From the IMG/VR virus record IMGVR_UViG_3300020045_003522, positions 4,362-68,361 of that record: DNA of 64,000 nucleotides, one strand, 5' to 3'. Of the stretch, positions 8,002-18,178 are shown piece after piece. The position numbers and the translations under genes are program-made. Position 1 is the first letter of the stretch; each line of letters starts with the position of its first letter. Origin of the DNA: a virus (Duplodnaviria > Caudoviricetes). Below the pieces are notes generated by a model. That model did no database searches, had not been told where the DNA came from, and was given only the letters and a program-made list of their open reading frames with translations.

Positions 8002-10578
8002 TTATGGAGTTTCATAATCACCAAACGAAAAGTCGAACGTAGCGTCCCATGTACGCCCACCTGAGAAGATCAGTCCGCCAGGTGGAACTGTGAGAATATC
8101 AAACTCGTTTTTAAACTTCCCTATTATCTTGACTTGTCCGCTCATTATCTCGAATTGCATGTCGTCAATAAAAAAAGGCTCATGATCTTCCTGTGATTGG
8201 CTTATGCCGATAGCTAAATTTCTATTTGCATCGATGGTTTTGAACTGCTCAAATGTTAAATAGTGCTCAATTTCAAAGATTTTAGGTATCCATAGGTAAG
8301 TCGAACCTACTGTAATATCAGAGTTTTCGGCCAAAGGATTACCACCGTAGTCATCCGGCGCTGATCCTGAAACCATTTCAGAAACCATATCATAGTTCCC
8401 CTCGCCACCGGTAAACCTGAATACCGTTCCGATGTACTTTTGAAGTCCACCTGACAAGTAATCTAACCAACGCAGGAAGAATCGTGCCGGTGTGTGGTGT
8501 TTATTATAGCGGCTGGCCTCGTTCAGTAGGTTGGTTACGCTGTCAAAGTCTTCGTTTAACCTTGGCGTGTAAGCATTTGGGCCTGTTCTGGTTACCTCAA
8601 TAACCCCTATGTTGTCATCAAATTTATAATCAGCCGACAATGTTTTTCTAGTCCTTCGTGCTTGTTCAATTGTAAGCCCCTGAAATATCCAGGTAGTAAT
8701 GTTAGTAAATACCCGACCGATGTTTTTTAAAATAGACGCTGATGTTCTGGAATACGTGTCATCAATCCCAAAATTATCCTCGGTTTTACCAGTGGAAGCA
8801 CCCATTTTTGCCCCGTTGAAATAGTCTGGCCCGTACTTCCTTTTGATCCTTTGAACCCCTGAAAGTAATGTTGACATTGATGTCCCGTCGTATGCACTTC
8901 TTTTTGTCCTTATTACAATCCTATCATCTCCATCAATAGTTTCGTACCCCAAAGAAAGATTAAACATAGGATTAGCACCCTCCCAAAAATCCTTAAAAGA
9001 GATAGAAAAAAGTTTTTCTGATAATGTATAACCCCTGGCGTGGATAAGTTTTATTAGCGCGTTTTTCCACCAATCCCCAGAATAATCGTAAATCCTTGCC
9101 TGTGTGTAAGGACTCCCAAGTAATTCACTGTGAAACTTATCTGGTTCGGTTATTCGATCACAAATTGATGCGGCAACATCGTGTTGAAGAAATGATTGAA
9201 CTGTTGTGTCTTCGTATTCAGATGCCAGGTCGAACGTTACTAAAGAATCAGTAATACCACCAAAAATTCTATTCAAATCTACTGTACCGCCGCCGACCCC
9301 GTTTATATCGCCTGTGAAATCTATATAAGTTCTTATCGTATCGCCTGCCAATAAATCAAACTGAGTACTGCCTGATAGATTGAAATCAAATTCAGGCATG
9401 TGGATATCCATAGTTAACGAGAATGCTTGACTCAATGTAAAAGAGTCAATTAAAACTGCGGTATCCCTGTTCTTTTGTGCATAAAGTTTTATATCCCAGT
9501 CCACGGTACCGTCCTGCGGAGTTGTGAAACTAAGCAATATACTCATTGCTAAATCAAGATCGAAAGTAACATCAATCAACCCTTTATCGACTTGCATTTC
9601 AATAACGTCAACTACATCGGTTAAATTGGTTGGGCTTAAGAATGGTATTGAGTATGAGTTTACTATTTCTTTTCGGTTCAGGTTTGCGGTCTGCCCTGAT
9701 ACAAATCCAAAGTTCCCATTTTGTTTTAATACAACATCCGAAACATAGTTATAAGATGCCCAAACAATATTAGTTACCCCAATAGTAACAGGGTAGGTTT
9801 GTTGTTTCCAAACGGTTCCTGCCTGCCCGCCGTATCTTATCTTTACAATAGCCCCCTCAAGTTCTATGTCTGTATTCGCATCGGGTGAACGTGTCCACGC
9901 GCCTGAAGATTGAACCCATTTACCGTTTTCTTTTGCATCAGATTGATCTTTTAACAGCGTCGTCGTTCCTGCTATTCCTACAAACCCGTCTATTATCTGA
10001 AGTCCTGAAAGAGTAACATTAGCAGTAGATGCGCAATCACAATCATCCAACGTTTCTGTCTCTCCACTATGTCCATCATAGGTAGTAACCTTTCTGATTA
10101 CCTGGGATGGCATTTGCAAAGTCTCAGGAGTGTATACCGTAACCGCAGCACCATCTAAACTTAGTGGCGATTGAATATTTACCGGAACATCGTAACGGCT
10201 TATAAAATTACGCCACATTCCGGTCTGTACCGGTGTAAATTCTAGGTAGTGATCCAATTCTAACCCCTCTACGATAGTCTGAATGCCGACCTCGCCCGTG
10301 TAAAGCGTTTCGAAAACATAACCATCTACTGAGTATTCAACTAAAACATCAATAACGGCATCAGGCCCGTAAACAGCCTCGATATTCTTTATCCAATCCC
10401 TACGCCCGTCTTGCGTTCCGTTAGATCCGTATGCGCGAAAAGGGCTTTTAAACTCCTTTACAAGTGTGTGAAATTCTACGTGTCTGGACAATCCAATAAT
10501 AGCCGATACCAATCCTTCCGGTTCGCTGGGCGTTACAGTGCCTTCAATTGCGTGTGTTAGCGTAGTCCTCCACCTCAT
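8002..10578 (-). CDS. Tail tip/hub protein (module A)
   Basis: Follows the tape measure gene; start MRWR at 10578 (TAATG overlap) matches the paralogue 49493..52114; contains an ANVTLSGLQIIDG...KDQSDAKENG structural motif. Confidence 0.65.
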   Translation of the reverse strand: MRWRTTLTHAIEGTVTPSEPEGLVSAIIGLSRHVEFHTLVKEFKSPFRAYGSNGTQDGRRDWIKNIEAVYGPDAVIDVLVEYSVDGYVFETLYTGEVGIQTIVEGLELDHYLEFTPVQTGMWRNFISRYDVPVNIQSPLSLDGAAVTVYTPETLQMPSQVIRKVTTYDGHSGETETLDDCDCASTANVTLSGLQIIDGFVGIAGTTTLLKDQSDAKENGKWVQSSGAWTRSPDANTDIELEGAIVKIRYGGQAGTVWKQQTYPVTIGVTNIVWASYNYVSDVVLKQNGNFGFVSGQTANLNRKEIVNSYSIPFLSPTNLTDVVDVIEMQVDKGLIDVTFDLDLAMSILLSFTTPQDGTVDWDIKLYAQKNRDTAVLIDSFTLSQAFSLTMDIHMPEFDFNLSGSTQFDLLAGDTIRTYIDFTGDINGVGGGTVDLNRIFGGITDSLVTFDLASEYEDTTVQSFLQHDVAASICDRITEPDKFHSELLGSPYTQARIYDYSGDWWKNALIKLIHARGYTLSEKLFSISFKDFWEGANPMFNLSLGYETIDGDDRIVIRTKRSAYDGTSMSTLLSGVQRIKRKYGPDYFNGAKMGASTGKTEDNFGIDDTYSRTSASILKNIGRVFTNITTWIFQGLTIEQARRTRKTLSADYKFDDNIGVIEVTRTGPNAYTPRLNEDFDSVTNLLNEASRYNKHHTPARFFLRWLDYLSGGLQKYIGTVFRFTGGEGNYDMVSEMVSGSAPDDYGGNPLAENSDITVGSTYLWIPKIFEIEHYLTFEQFKTIDANRNLAIGISQSQEDHEPFFIDDMQFEIMSGQVKIIGKFKNEFDILTVPPGGLIFSGGRTWDATFDFSFGDYETP

Positions 10579-13043
10579 TAAGACCAATATTTACCTAAGT
10601 TTATACTACGTCTTATCTTAACATTACCTTTCGCGTCCTCCATTGCTTCATAAATAGTCGATCCACTCCGAACTAATGAAGGTGCTTTTGCAGGCTTTAT
10701 ATTTTGTAGGTTGTTATTTACTTGTTTCAACTCATGCAATAATGCCGGATCGCTACTCGTTACTTGCCTGCTTCCTCCGTTTTGTTGTAATGCACCCATT
10801 GCCAGCATGCGCATAGTTTTATCGTGTGGAACTATTTCTGTTCCACGTGGAATATCCATGATAGTGGCCGATGAAGGAGTAAGCTCCATTCCGCCGCCTG
10901 GTTTAATCATTAACTCTGTTCCTAATTCCCCTACTTGCGCGAATCCGCCAGGGTGGTTATCTGTACCTTTGAAGTATGAAGGTATAGGTTGTGAAGCTAT
11001 AGCCGCTATTTCAACCGCGCCAGCTGCTGCCGCAAGTATCGCCAAATATGGAGTCCCTAATAATTTCGTAACAGCCAAAGCAGTGTTTATAACAGCCTCT
11101 GCCAATGCCAATGCCTTATTTATTTGCGCTGACTTACGGGCCTCTGCTCTGCGTCTTTTTTCTAATTCAAGTTCCTTTAAAGCTGCCTGAGCCTTTAATC
11201 TGGTCTTAGCTTCCTCATTATCTCCCGCCGCAATTAAATCCTGTTGCAATCTTTCCTCATTGGCTGTGCTTTCCGCGTCAAGTTCTTGGATTCTTTTCGC
11301 TGATATATTTGCGAATATCTGGCCTATATTTCCCGCAAAGGCGTTGAATTGGTCTTGTACGTCTTGGATTATACCTACCCACTTTTCGCGCATCTTCTCA
11401 AATTGAAATGATGCTGTTTCGCTTACCTTTTCAAAAGCAGGACCGAAATACGCAACGATATTTTTAGCTGTCTCTTTAGCGGATCCTGAAAGATCAATAT
11501 TTTTCTTTATGGTTTTATCGATCTCTTTGCCGGCCGCTGTCATTCGGTCGGTTATGGCTTTTTCTTTTTCGGCCTCACCTTTCTTTTCCTCCTCGTCAAG
11601 TGATTTTAATTGCTTCCTGAACTTTACCGTATTATCAAACCGTAGCTTTTCAGCATCAGTTACCCGCGCTTGAGCCTCAGCAACTTCTTTCAGTGCTTCT
11701 TTGTCGTCACCATTCGCGTCTCTTTTTAGTTTTGCAAGCGTTAAAGAAAGACGGGCAAACGCAACTTCCCTATCAGATAGTTGAGTTTCTAATGCAATGG
11801 CTTCCTCTAATGCCTTTCGTTTTGCAGCACCTTCTAAAGTAATTGCTTCCTCCCTAAGCTTGGCAACTTTTAGATTAGTTTCGGCACGTTCAACAATTAA
11901 TTTCCTTTCTTCAGCATCTATTTTTGCCTGAACTGCGGCTATCTTATTTCCGTAAGCAATGCCCGCATCGACCAGTTTAGTGGTTTCGTTAATTAGTCCT
12001 TTGATCTTATCGGTGGCGTTCTCCACTCCCAGCCCTACTTTAGCAGCGGCATCTACCGCAACCTTTCCAGCTTCCGCGAATTGTCCTTTGAATAATAATC
12101 CGATGGCCTTACCTAGTTGTGGAATTAGTTCAAGCAACCCGACAAACCTATTTACGATCTGATCTTTAAAGAAATTTCCTATATCCTTAAGGGCTTGTTG
12201 TGGGTTAGTGAAGGCATCAAATAACGCCTCACCTACTGCCTCAACAACGTTCATGAACTGTTCGAATATAGCTGCACCAACGGCTGTAATTTTGTTTAAA
12301 CGGTTCTGTCCTTCTTCTGATCCTTTGAAATAAGATGTCAAGGCAAATAAAGAAGCACCCAAAGCCGCTACAACTATTCCGATAGGAGTAGCTATGAACG
12401 CTAAAGAAGCCTTAAACATTCCGTAAATACCATTAGCAGCACCGGCTGCACCTGGGGCGATCTGCTGAAAAGATGCCCCGGCACGCTTAAATGAGTTTTC
12501 GTAATCCCCTACATTATCCCGGAAATTTCCCAAGTTACCGTTGAGCGCCTTAACAGATGCGTCCTGCTGTTTGATTATGGCCTCAAGTTGTTTGCCTTCC
12601 TTGGATGCACGCGCCTCTTCTGTCGCAAGCTCCCTGTATGCTGCCCGATTCTTTGCTAGAGCTGCTTCCAATTGTTTTAACGAAGAGTTTTGTGCGTTTA
12701 TGGATTGCGCGTTCTTTTCCCCTAACGTAGTGGCGTCTTTCGTTGCCTGCTTCACATCGTTCAGGGCTTTTTGTTTTGCCCGGTATGCTTCAGTGTTACG
12801 TGCATTCGCGGTTTCAATTTGCTTCTCTACCTTCTGTAATTCGATTTGAGCCAATGAAAGTTTTTCGGTTTCTTCCCTCATCGACTTAGTAGACTCTGCT
12901 GCCTTGATGTTCGTGCCCGCCTCCTTGCCTGCCTTGATTAAATTCATCAACGCAGCGGTGGCAACATCAAAGTTTTGTGCAAGCTCTAATGGGGAGGCAA
13001 GTGCTTCCTGGGAAATAAGATCAGGTTTATTTATTTCTGCCAT
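10578..13043 (-). CDS. Tape measure protein (module A)
   Basis: Ala/Lys/Glu coiled-coil, central hydrophobic helices, C-terminal FKGTDNHPGGFAQVGELGTELM motif typical of TMPs. Confidence 0.85.
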   Translation of the reverse strand: MAEINKPDLISQEALASPLELAQNFDVATAALMNLIKAGKEAGTNIKAAESTKSMREETEKLSLAQIELQKVEKQIETANARNTEAYRAKQKALNDVKQATKDATTLGEKNAQSINAQNSSLKQLEAALAKNRAAYRELATEEARASKEGKQLEAIIKQQDASVKALNGNLGNFRDNVGDYENSFKRAGASFQQIAPGAAGAANGIYGMFKASLAFIATPIGIVVAALGASLFALTSYFKGSEEGQNRLNKITAVGAAIFEQFMNVVEAVGEALFDAFTNPQQALKDIGNFFKDQIVNRFVGLLELIPQLGKAIGLLFKGQFAEAGKVAVDAAAKVGLGVENATDKIKGLINETTKLVDAGIAYGNKIAAVQAKIDAEERKLIVERAETNLKVAKLREEAITLEGAAKRKALEEAIALETQLSDREVAFARLSLTLAKLKRDANGDDKEALKEVAEAQARVTDAEKLRFDNTVKFRKQLKSLDEEEKKGEAEKEKAITDRMTAAGKEIDKTIKKNIDLSGSAKETAKNIVAYFGPAFEKVSETASFQFEKMREKWVGIIQDVQDQFNAFAGNIGQIFANISAKRIQELDAESTANEERLQQDLIAAGDNEEAKTRLKAQAALKELELEKRRRAEARKSAQINKALALAEAVINTALAVTKLLGTPYLAILAAAAGAVEIAAIASQPIPSYFKGTDNHPGGFAQVGELGTELMIKPGGGMELTPSSATIMDIPRGTEIVPHDKTMRMLAMGALQQNGGSRQVTSSDPALLHELKQVNNNLQNIKPAKAPSLVRSGSTIYEAMEDAKGNVKIRRSINLGKYWS

Positions 13044-13713
13044 TCGCTTTGTTGTTAGCCTCCTGTTGCGCCCTTTCTTTTGCCTTTAATATTTTTTGAT
13101 ACTCATTGTATGCCGATAGTTTAACCGTATCCGGTACAGTAAACCCGAGAGCAAAATTCAAATGAGCCATTACTTCCTCGAATCCGTGTGCCTTCGTTTC
13201 TCCCCGCGCTTCAAACATCCTTTGAAGCTCCTTTTCTTTCATGATTGCCCGAGTTACAAGGTTTTCGCACTTGTGCAATCCATCGGTAACACTATCCATT
13301 ATTGTTTGAGGGCTTGTTGTGTCGATCAAGTACCCTTTATTTTTTAAATCCGATATGTACTCCCAATCAATAAAAAACCTAGTCAGCGCTACCAGAATAA
13401 GCGTAGCCCTTATAGTTGTGTGGTCGTTCATCAGTAACGAATAACCTTTCATTAATTGAAAGAATGCGTTATACTGATTCGTGCCAGTTTCTTTTTCCTG
13501 CCTCTTTACTAAAGTTTCCCATGCCTCTAAACAAGTTTCCGAATTGCTTTCACCTTCTTTTACCAATTTAAGAAAGTTTCCAGAATTGGCAATATAAATG
13601 TATAGCTTTAAGGTTATGTCCTCATACGTGTATAAAGTTGCGGAGGAACTTTTGAAGGTCTTCCAAAACATAAGACCGCGCAAAATCGGTGAGGTTTGTT
13701 TTATTGAGTCCAT
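13027..13713 (-). CDS. Pre-TMP protein, possible tail assembly chaperone (module A)
   Basis: Paralogue of 54605..55282; start set at the MDS shared by both copies (MFWK at 13671 also possible). Confidence 0.55.
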   Translation of the reverse strand: MDSIKQTSPILRGLMFWKTFKSSSATLYTYEDITLKLYIYIANSGNFLKLVKEGESNSETCLEAWETLVKRQEKETGTNQYNAFFQLMKGYSLLMNDHTTIRATLILVALTRFFIDWEYISDLKNKGYLIDTTSPQTIMDSVTDGLHKCENLVTRAIMKEKELQRMFEARGETKAHGFEEVMAHLNFALGFTVPDTVKLSAYNEYQKILKAKERAQQEANNKANGRNK

Positions 13714-14068
13714 AAATATCATCCGGGTTTTCTCCTTTCGATTCCAATAGATCCGCAATCTTTCCTGTCTTTCGGTCGCTTGATTCAAATACTACTGGAA
13801 ACTTTTCAGCCTTCACAAAAAAGCCTCTGTAAAAATCCCCTGTATCAAACAAAGTCATTGGCCCGGCCTGCTTACCAAATACCTCTACCGATCTTCTTGA
13901 GTACGGCGGTAGCTTCTTTCCTTTCGAATCCTCACCGCCGAATAACTGATCGGTGTTCATGTTCGTAGCAGCCTGTTCGTTACTTTGAACCGCTATCAAA
14001 ACTTCCTTCTCCATCCTTTCGGGTGTGAGTTGGTGAAGTTTAGAAGTCAGTTCAAGTAATTTCCCCAT
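13622..14068 (-). CDS. Virion morphogenesis / neck-tail completion protein (module A)
   Basis: LFDTGDFYRG motif like Mu gpG-type morphogenesis proteins; start MGKLL shared with 55191..55637. Confidence 0.6.
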   Translation of the reverse strand: MGKLLELTSKLHQLTPERMEKEVLIAVQSNEQAATNMNTDQLFGGEDSKGKKLPPYSRRSVEVFGKQAGPMTLFDTGDFYRGFFVKAEKFPVVFESSDRKTGKIADLLESKGENPDDIYGLNKTNLTDFARSYVLEDLQKFLRNFIHV

Positions 14069-14075
14069 AAAGTAA

Positions 14076-14096
14076 GGGCGAGCTTTCACCCGCCCC
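14076..14096 (-). terminator. GC-rich GAAA-loop hairpin after the major tail gene (attenuator/stabiliser)
   Basis: GGGCGGG-TGAAAG-CTCGCCC followed by a weak T-run; identical hairpin at 55645..55664. Confidence 0.55.
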
Positions 14097-14115
14097 CAAT
14101 AAACAAACCCAAAGA

Positions 14116-14988
14116 CTAAGGGAACGGTACGGTTAATGTCGTTGCTGCCGACTCATATTCTGAAGTCGAAAGAACTTGTACAGTTCCGGTTGCTAATGCA
14201 GTTCCAGTAAGCGTGTAACGTCCAGGTGTAGCACTGACAGCCGCCGCAACGATTGTTTGCGTAGATCCGTCAGAAGCTTTCACGACCTTGAAATTAGCGG
14301 TTACCAATCCAAGTACAGCGGTATCATCGCAATGAGTTGCAACGTCTACAGTGATAACGGTAGTAGTCGCTGAAACCAAAGTGACATCAACATCAACTAT
14401 AGACACAAGCTCGTTGATGAAATCAACCGCGTTATACATGTACCCGTTTTTGTTAAGCTCTTTGCTATCAGCAAAAGCAACAACAACAGGGGATTTTGTA
14501 GATACTGTGCCATCATTGAACTTGAACCCTTCAGGATTCAAAAGCTGAATTGACAAACCGGCGAAATCACCATTTGACAAAAGCGTGCCGATCAGGTAAC
14601 CGTTTTCATCTCTCAAAAATGCTCTACCGTTTGTTCTCTTATGTGTGTACATTGCTTTGTGCAAGCAAAGGTTTTCACTCATTGAGAAACGGAAACGGTA
14701 TTTGTTATCCTTTACCGCGAGGTAAGCCAAAGGCGTATCCTCGTATACAGGAGCAACCGAAATATCTTCAACCAACTTAAACGCTGGCCATACATAAATA
14801 CGGCTTGTTTGAGTCAGGTTGACTAATGCGGCTTCCAAGTACGCTTGTACTGCTGCATCGCCAGAAGCGAGTGTAGCAGCGGGAATAACGAAGCTCGTAG
14901 GAGTTTCAATCATCCCTGTTAACATGCCTGGCAACTCATTACAGTTTACCAGACCTAAGTTTTTAATATCTTCTGCTGTGCATGCCAT
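14116..14988 (-). CDS. Major tail protein (module A)
   Basis: Size, position between neck genes and TMP, C-terminal Ig-like segment; paralogue of 55672..56562. Confidence 0.7.
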   Translation of the reverse strand: MACTAEDIKNLGLVNCNELPGMLTGMIETPTSFVIPAATLASGDAAVQAYLEAALVNLTQTSRIYVWPAFKLVEDISVAPVYEDTPLAYLAVKDNKYRFRFSMSENLCLHKAMYTHKRTNGRAFLRDENGYLIGTLLSNGDFAGLSIQLLNPEGFKFNDGTVSTKSPVVVAFADSKELNKNGYMYNAVDFINELVSIVDVDVTLVSATTTVITVDVATHCDDTAVLGLVTANFKVVKASDGSTQTIVAAAVSATPGRYTLTGTALATGTVQVLSTSEYESAATTLTVPFP

Positions 14989-14989
14989 T

Positions 14990-15532
14990 TTAGCAATATT
15001 TTATTTTGTTGTTAATACGTAAATTTGTCAACTCAACCGCGTCTAGCGGTGTGTTGAATACATAAGCTATGTTCCCTTGTGTTGCTTCTACTCCGTGGTG
15101 TAACATATCCCTTTTCGTGTGCGGAGGTGTCCCCATATCCCCATCCCAGGTAAACCCGAAACGTTTTAAGCGATCCAAAAACAACTCGTAAAGAGGGTAA
15201 AGAATTGGCTTTACTACATTCGTATAACGATTTGGAGCGTCATACTCTTTTTTAGTGTGGTCCAAAATCGCTATATTTAAATTGTAGTTCACAAGCCCGT
15301 TTTTTACATCTTCATTGGTTGGTAGTCGCAACGCTATGGCTGGGTAAACTTTCCCTTTGTTTGATCCGCTGTCTCTTTTTATCATCTGGCTGTTTATCTC
15401 TACAGGTGTTCCGTAGAAAAAATACGGTGAATCTAGTCCGGCTTCAATGCCCCACTTCGCCGCGTCCTTCGCGCTTAAGTTTCGCATTGAAACTACAACC
15501 TCTTCGATTTGTTCAGGAATACTTTTTATCAT
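14990..15532 (-). CDS. Tail terminator-like protein (module A)
   Basis: Immediately upstream of the major tail gene; nearly identical to 56575..57117. Confidence 0.55.
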   Translation of the reverse strand: MIKSIPEQIEEVVVSMRNLSAKDAAKWGIEAGLDSPYFFYGTPVEINSQMIKRDSGSNKGKVYPAIALRLPTNEDVKNGLVNYNLNIAILDHTKKEYDAPNRYTNVVKPILYPLYELFLDRLKRFGFTWDGDMGTPPHTKRDMLHHGVEATQGNIAYVFNTPLDAVELTNLRINNKIKYC

Positions 15533-16239
15533 ATCCCAAAAGTGTTTCGTGTTGGTTGTTCACTAAATTCGTACGCCAGATAATCAGGAAAGTCCTGGAA
15601 TGTTTCGTCAAACGTGTCATCAAAAGTGCCGTCAGCGAAGTTTGTGTAGTACAAGTACCCGTAAAGAGTATTGTAAATCTGACATGCTCCACCCACTTTG
15701 TGGCTCCAATCATTCCACGCCCGACAAATCTGTACCCCAGGATCAACAGGAATATTGTTCTCTGTTTTCGGAGTCACGAAACCATTACCGGTTAATTGTT
15801 GTGCGGTGTACTCTACCCAGCGCGAGAAGATCAAAGCTGTTAAAGCCTTGACCATTCCCGCCCATCGGTAGTATTTGCCGCTAACTAGGTAGGTGTTCCC
15901 GTTCTTCAAAAGTAACCATCTGTTACCAGTTTCAATAAGCGTCCAATCAGAACCCGCGACAGGGGCAGTACCGGTTTGCACCGTTAATGCCTCCCAAACA
16001 TCATTGCCGTACACGTATTGATCACCGATAACAGTCGGAACAGTAGAAACCCACGCATCGGGCAGATCATTAAGCCCGGATATAAAAGCATCATAAAGGT
16101 TATCGCCCAAAACTTCACGCAAAAATACCTCTTCCTCAGCATCGATAAACGATTGGAACTCTTCCCCTAAACCAGGTATTGGCATAGAAGGAAGTCTATA
16201 AGGTAATGTGTTGAAGCTTGTGGCGGCGTTTACGAACAT
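15529..16239 (-). CDS. Head-tail adaptor/connector (module A)
   Basis: Position after the capsid genes; FIDAEEEVFLREVLGDNLY helix; paralogue of 57114..57818. Confidence 0.55.
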   Translation of the reverse strand: MFVNAATSFNTLPYRLPSMPIPGLGEEFQSFIDAEEEVFLREVLGDNLYDAFISGLNDLPDAWVSTVPTVIGDQYVYGNDVWEALTVQTGTAPVAGSDWTLIETGNRWLLLKNGNTYLVSGKYYRWAGMVKALTALIFSRWVEYTAQQLTGNGFVTPKTENNIPVDPGVQICRAWNDWSHKVGGACQIYNTLYGYLYYTNFADGTFDDTFDETFQDFPDYLAYEFSEQPTRNTFGI

Positions 16240-16241
16240 AG

Positions 16242-16682
16242 CTATTTTGCTCTAAACAGTTTAGCGGCGATAGTCGCACTCATTGTGCCGGTGCCGGTCC
16301 ATGTTACCCTATAATAAGGAAACGGAGATCCTGCTAGTCGGTAGTGATAAGTGTTAGTTGCATCAGTTGCCGTAATGGTAGCGAGCGCGGTTTGTGTGTC
16401 AACCGTATTCATAGCTTTCCAGTTTGTGCCATCAATGCTACCCTGTAGAGTAATTGTACCGCCAACAGTTCCGCTAATCTTTGTCACTATAATCCAAATA
16501 GTGGTTGATGTTGCGGGAGCTGGACTGATTGCGTTTAGTGTTGATACATACGCAGTTGCTGTGTTTGTAACAGTATCAGTAGCGAATGAGTAAGGACTCA
16601 AAAAGCTATAAACCTGTGCCTTTGTTTCGATCGCTGAGAAGGCTACCAACCCAACGAATAAAAGTATAATTAACTTTTTCAT
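16242..16682 (-). CDS. Beta-sandwich capsid decoration-like protein with Sec signal peptide (module A)
   Basis: Leader MKKLIILLFVGLVAFSAIETKA/Q; ITLQGSIDGTNW and PFPYYRV motifs; two genes downstream of the capsid gene. Confidence 0.6.
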   Translation of the reverse strand: MKKLIILLFVGLVAFSAIETKAQVYSFLSPYSFATDTVTNTATAYVSTLNAISPAPATSTTIWIIVTKISGTVGGTITLQGSIDGTNWKAMNTVDTQTALATITATDATNTYHYRLAGSPFPYYRVTWTGTGTMSATIAAKLFRAK

Positions 16683-16685
16683 TTG

Positions 16686-16907
16686 TTATTCTTTGATTTT
16701 AACCCAGCCTCGTTCTACAAGCATGTCAGCAGTCTTTTTCGCAATCTCGAACTCATCACCATCTTTGTGATAAGGATCACCTTTTAAAGACACTACTGTA
16801 ACAGCGGTATCAATAACGGCATCTTTCGGAATTACAAACTCTGTTGCCTCTTGAACACCTTCACCGACTACGGTTACTTCTTGTTCTTCTTTTTTAGCTT
16901 TTCTCAT
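16686..16907 (-). CDS. Small head-associated protein (module A)
   Basis: Directly after the capsid gene; paralogue of 58265..58486. Confidence 0.6.
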   Translation of the reverse strand: MRKAKKEEQEVTVVGEGVQEATEFVIPKDAVIDTAVTVVSLKGDPYHKDGDEFEIAKKTADMLVERGWVKIKE

Positions 16908-16909
16908 GA

Positions 16910-18175
16910 TTAAGGTATTGCGATTGCGGTTTTAACGTCAGCAATTTGGTCGTACACAAATGCAGCAGCGTGGTTTTCGCTGTAGAATTGGTGGAAACGA
17001 GTTTCGGCAATGAACGTCACTAAGTTTTTAGTGAAGTCATCATTCTCCCATCCTGGCGCAAATCTGAAATCTTTGTATATCAAAGTTTTCAGTGCATCCA
17101 CCGCGAATGCCAAAATATCACCCGCAGTAATGTTGTAATCTTCGATCACAAAACCACCAGGTATAGGGCGCAAATTCAAGCCCATGTAATTACCTGCGCT
17201 GATTGCTTTGGACATTTCCATGTTCGCAACATCCACCGGATTCATCGCAACTAAGATAGGGCCGTCAATGTATGAAGCTCTGATTTGAGCGATCATTGCG
17301 CGGGCAACATCCCAGTTGTTAGGGTTTTGAGTTTGAATACCTGTCAAAGTGTATGCAGCAGCATAGTTACGGATACCAGCAGGATCAGTAGACGATGCGG
17401 CATTAGTACTCATCAACACGCGGTTGATTTCAAACTTCAATTGATAGTACAATTCATCCTGAATGTAGGAAGTCATACCGTCAACATCTTCCAAAAGTTC
17501 GGTCGCAACCTTCAAAGAAACCGCCACCTTCTTAGCCACTGATTTCTCAACAGTAAGAGTAAAGGAAACTTTAGGTTTTGCTCCACCTGGCGCAAGGAAA
17601 TCAGCAGCACCGGATGCAGCAGGCACTTTCTTGTTTACCCATGTGTAAGTCTCAAGATTGGTTCTGCCTTTTGGAAGCAAGTCCCAAAGTGTTGGCTGAA
17701 TACGAAGCAAGTCGATAACCTGCGAGCCTTGACGGATCAAAGGACCAGCACCCATAGTAACAGTATTCGTAAATACAGTTGTAGGGGTCATTGGAGAATC
17801 AGCGGCACGGATTTCGAGAGGATCAAGATCCGCTTTTTGTCCACCTTTGATTTTCTTGATCGCATCAGCGTTTCTTTTCTGCCAGGTTTCAACTTGAGCG
17901 CGAAGGGATAAATCTTCTGGCTTGTTTGCATTTTCGGCTTTCATTTTGGTGATTTCCTCACCCTGTTTGATGATCATGGAACGCAGTCCTTTTTCATCTT
18001 CGCCAAGCAATTCTTTGATCTTGTCAATCGGCAAATCTTTCATTGCCTCCCGCACCTGAAGTTCTACCGCTGCTTTTTCAAGCGAATCAGGCAAATCATT
18101 GAAACGCTTTTCCAGGTCTTCAACCAGCTTTAGGTTGTCGCCTGTTAATCCGTCTTTCTTGAATGTAATTTTCAT
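16910..18175 (-). CDS. Major capsid protein, HK97 fold with N-terminal delta (scaffold) domain (module A)
   Basis: Coiled-coil N-terminus; KKVAVSLKVATELLEDV; FTKNLVTFIAETRF; follows the protease. Confidence 0.9.
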   Translation of the reverse strand: MKITFKKDGLTGDNLKLVEDLEKRFNDLPDSLEKAAVELQVREAMKDLPIDKIKELLGEDEKGLRSMIIKQGEEITKMKAENANKPEDLSLRAQVETWQKRNADAIKKIKGGQKADLDPLEIRAADSPMTPTTVFTNTVTMGAGPLIRQGSQVIDLLRIQPTLWDLLPKGRTNLETYTWVNKKVPAASGAADFLAPGGAKPKVSFTLTVEKSVAKKVAVSLKVATELLEDVDGMTSYIQDELYYQLKFEINRVLMSTNAASSTDPAGIRNYAAAYTLTGIQTQNPNNWDVARAMIAQIRASYIDGPILVAMNPVDVANMEMSKAISAGNYMGLNLRPIPGGFVIEDYNITAGDILAFAVDALKTLIYKDFRFAPGWENDDFTKNLVTFIAETRFHQFYSENHAAAFVYDQIADVKTAIAIP

Positions 18176-18178
18176 TGT

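Noticed and set aside
13027-14068. Lambda G/GT-type -1 frameshift for a tail chaperone
   Set aside because: Frames are related by +1, no XXXYYYZ heptamer was seen, and the upstream protein resembles a morphogenesis protein.
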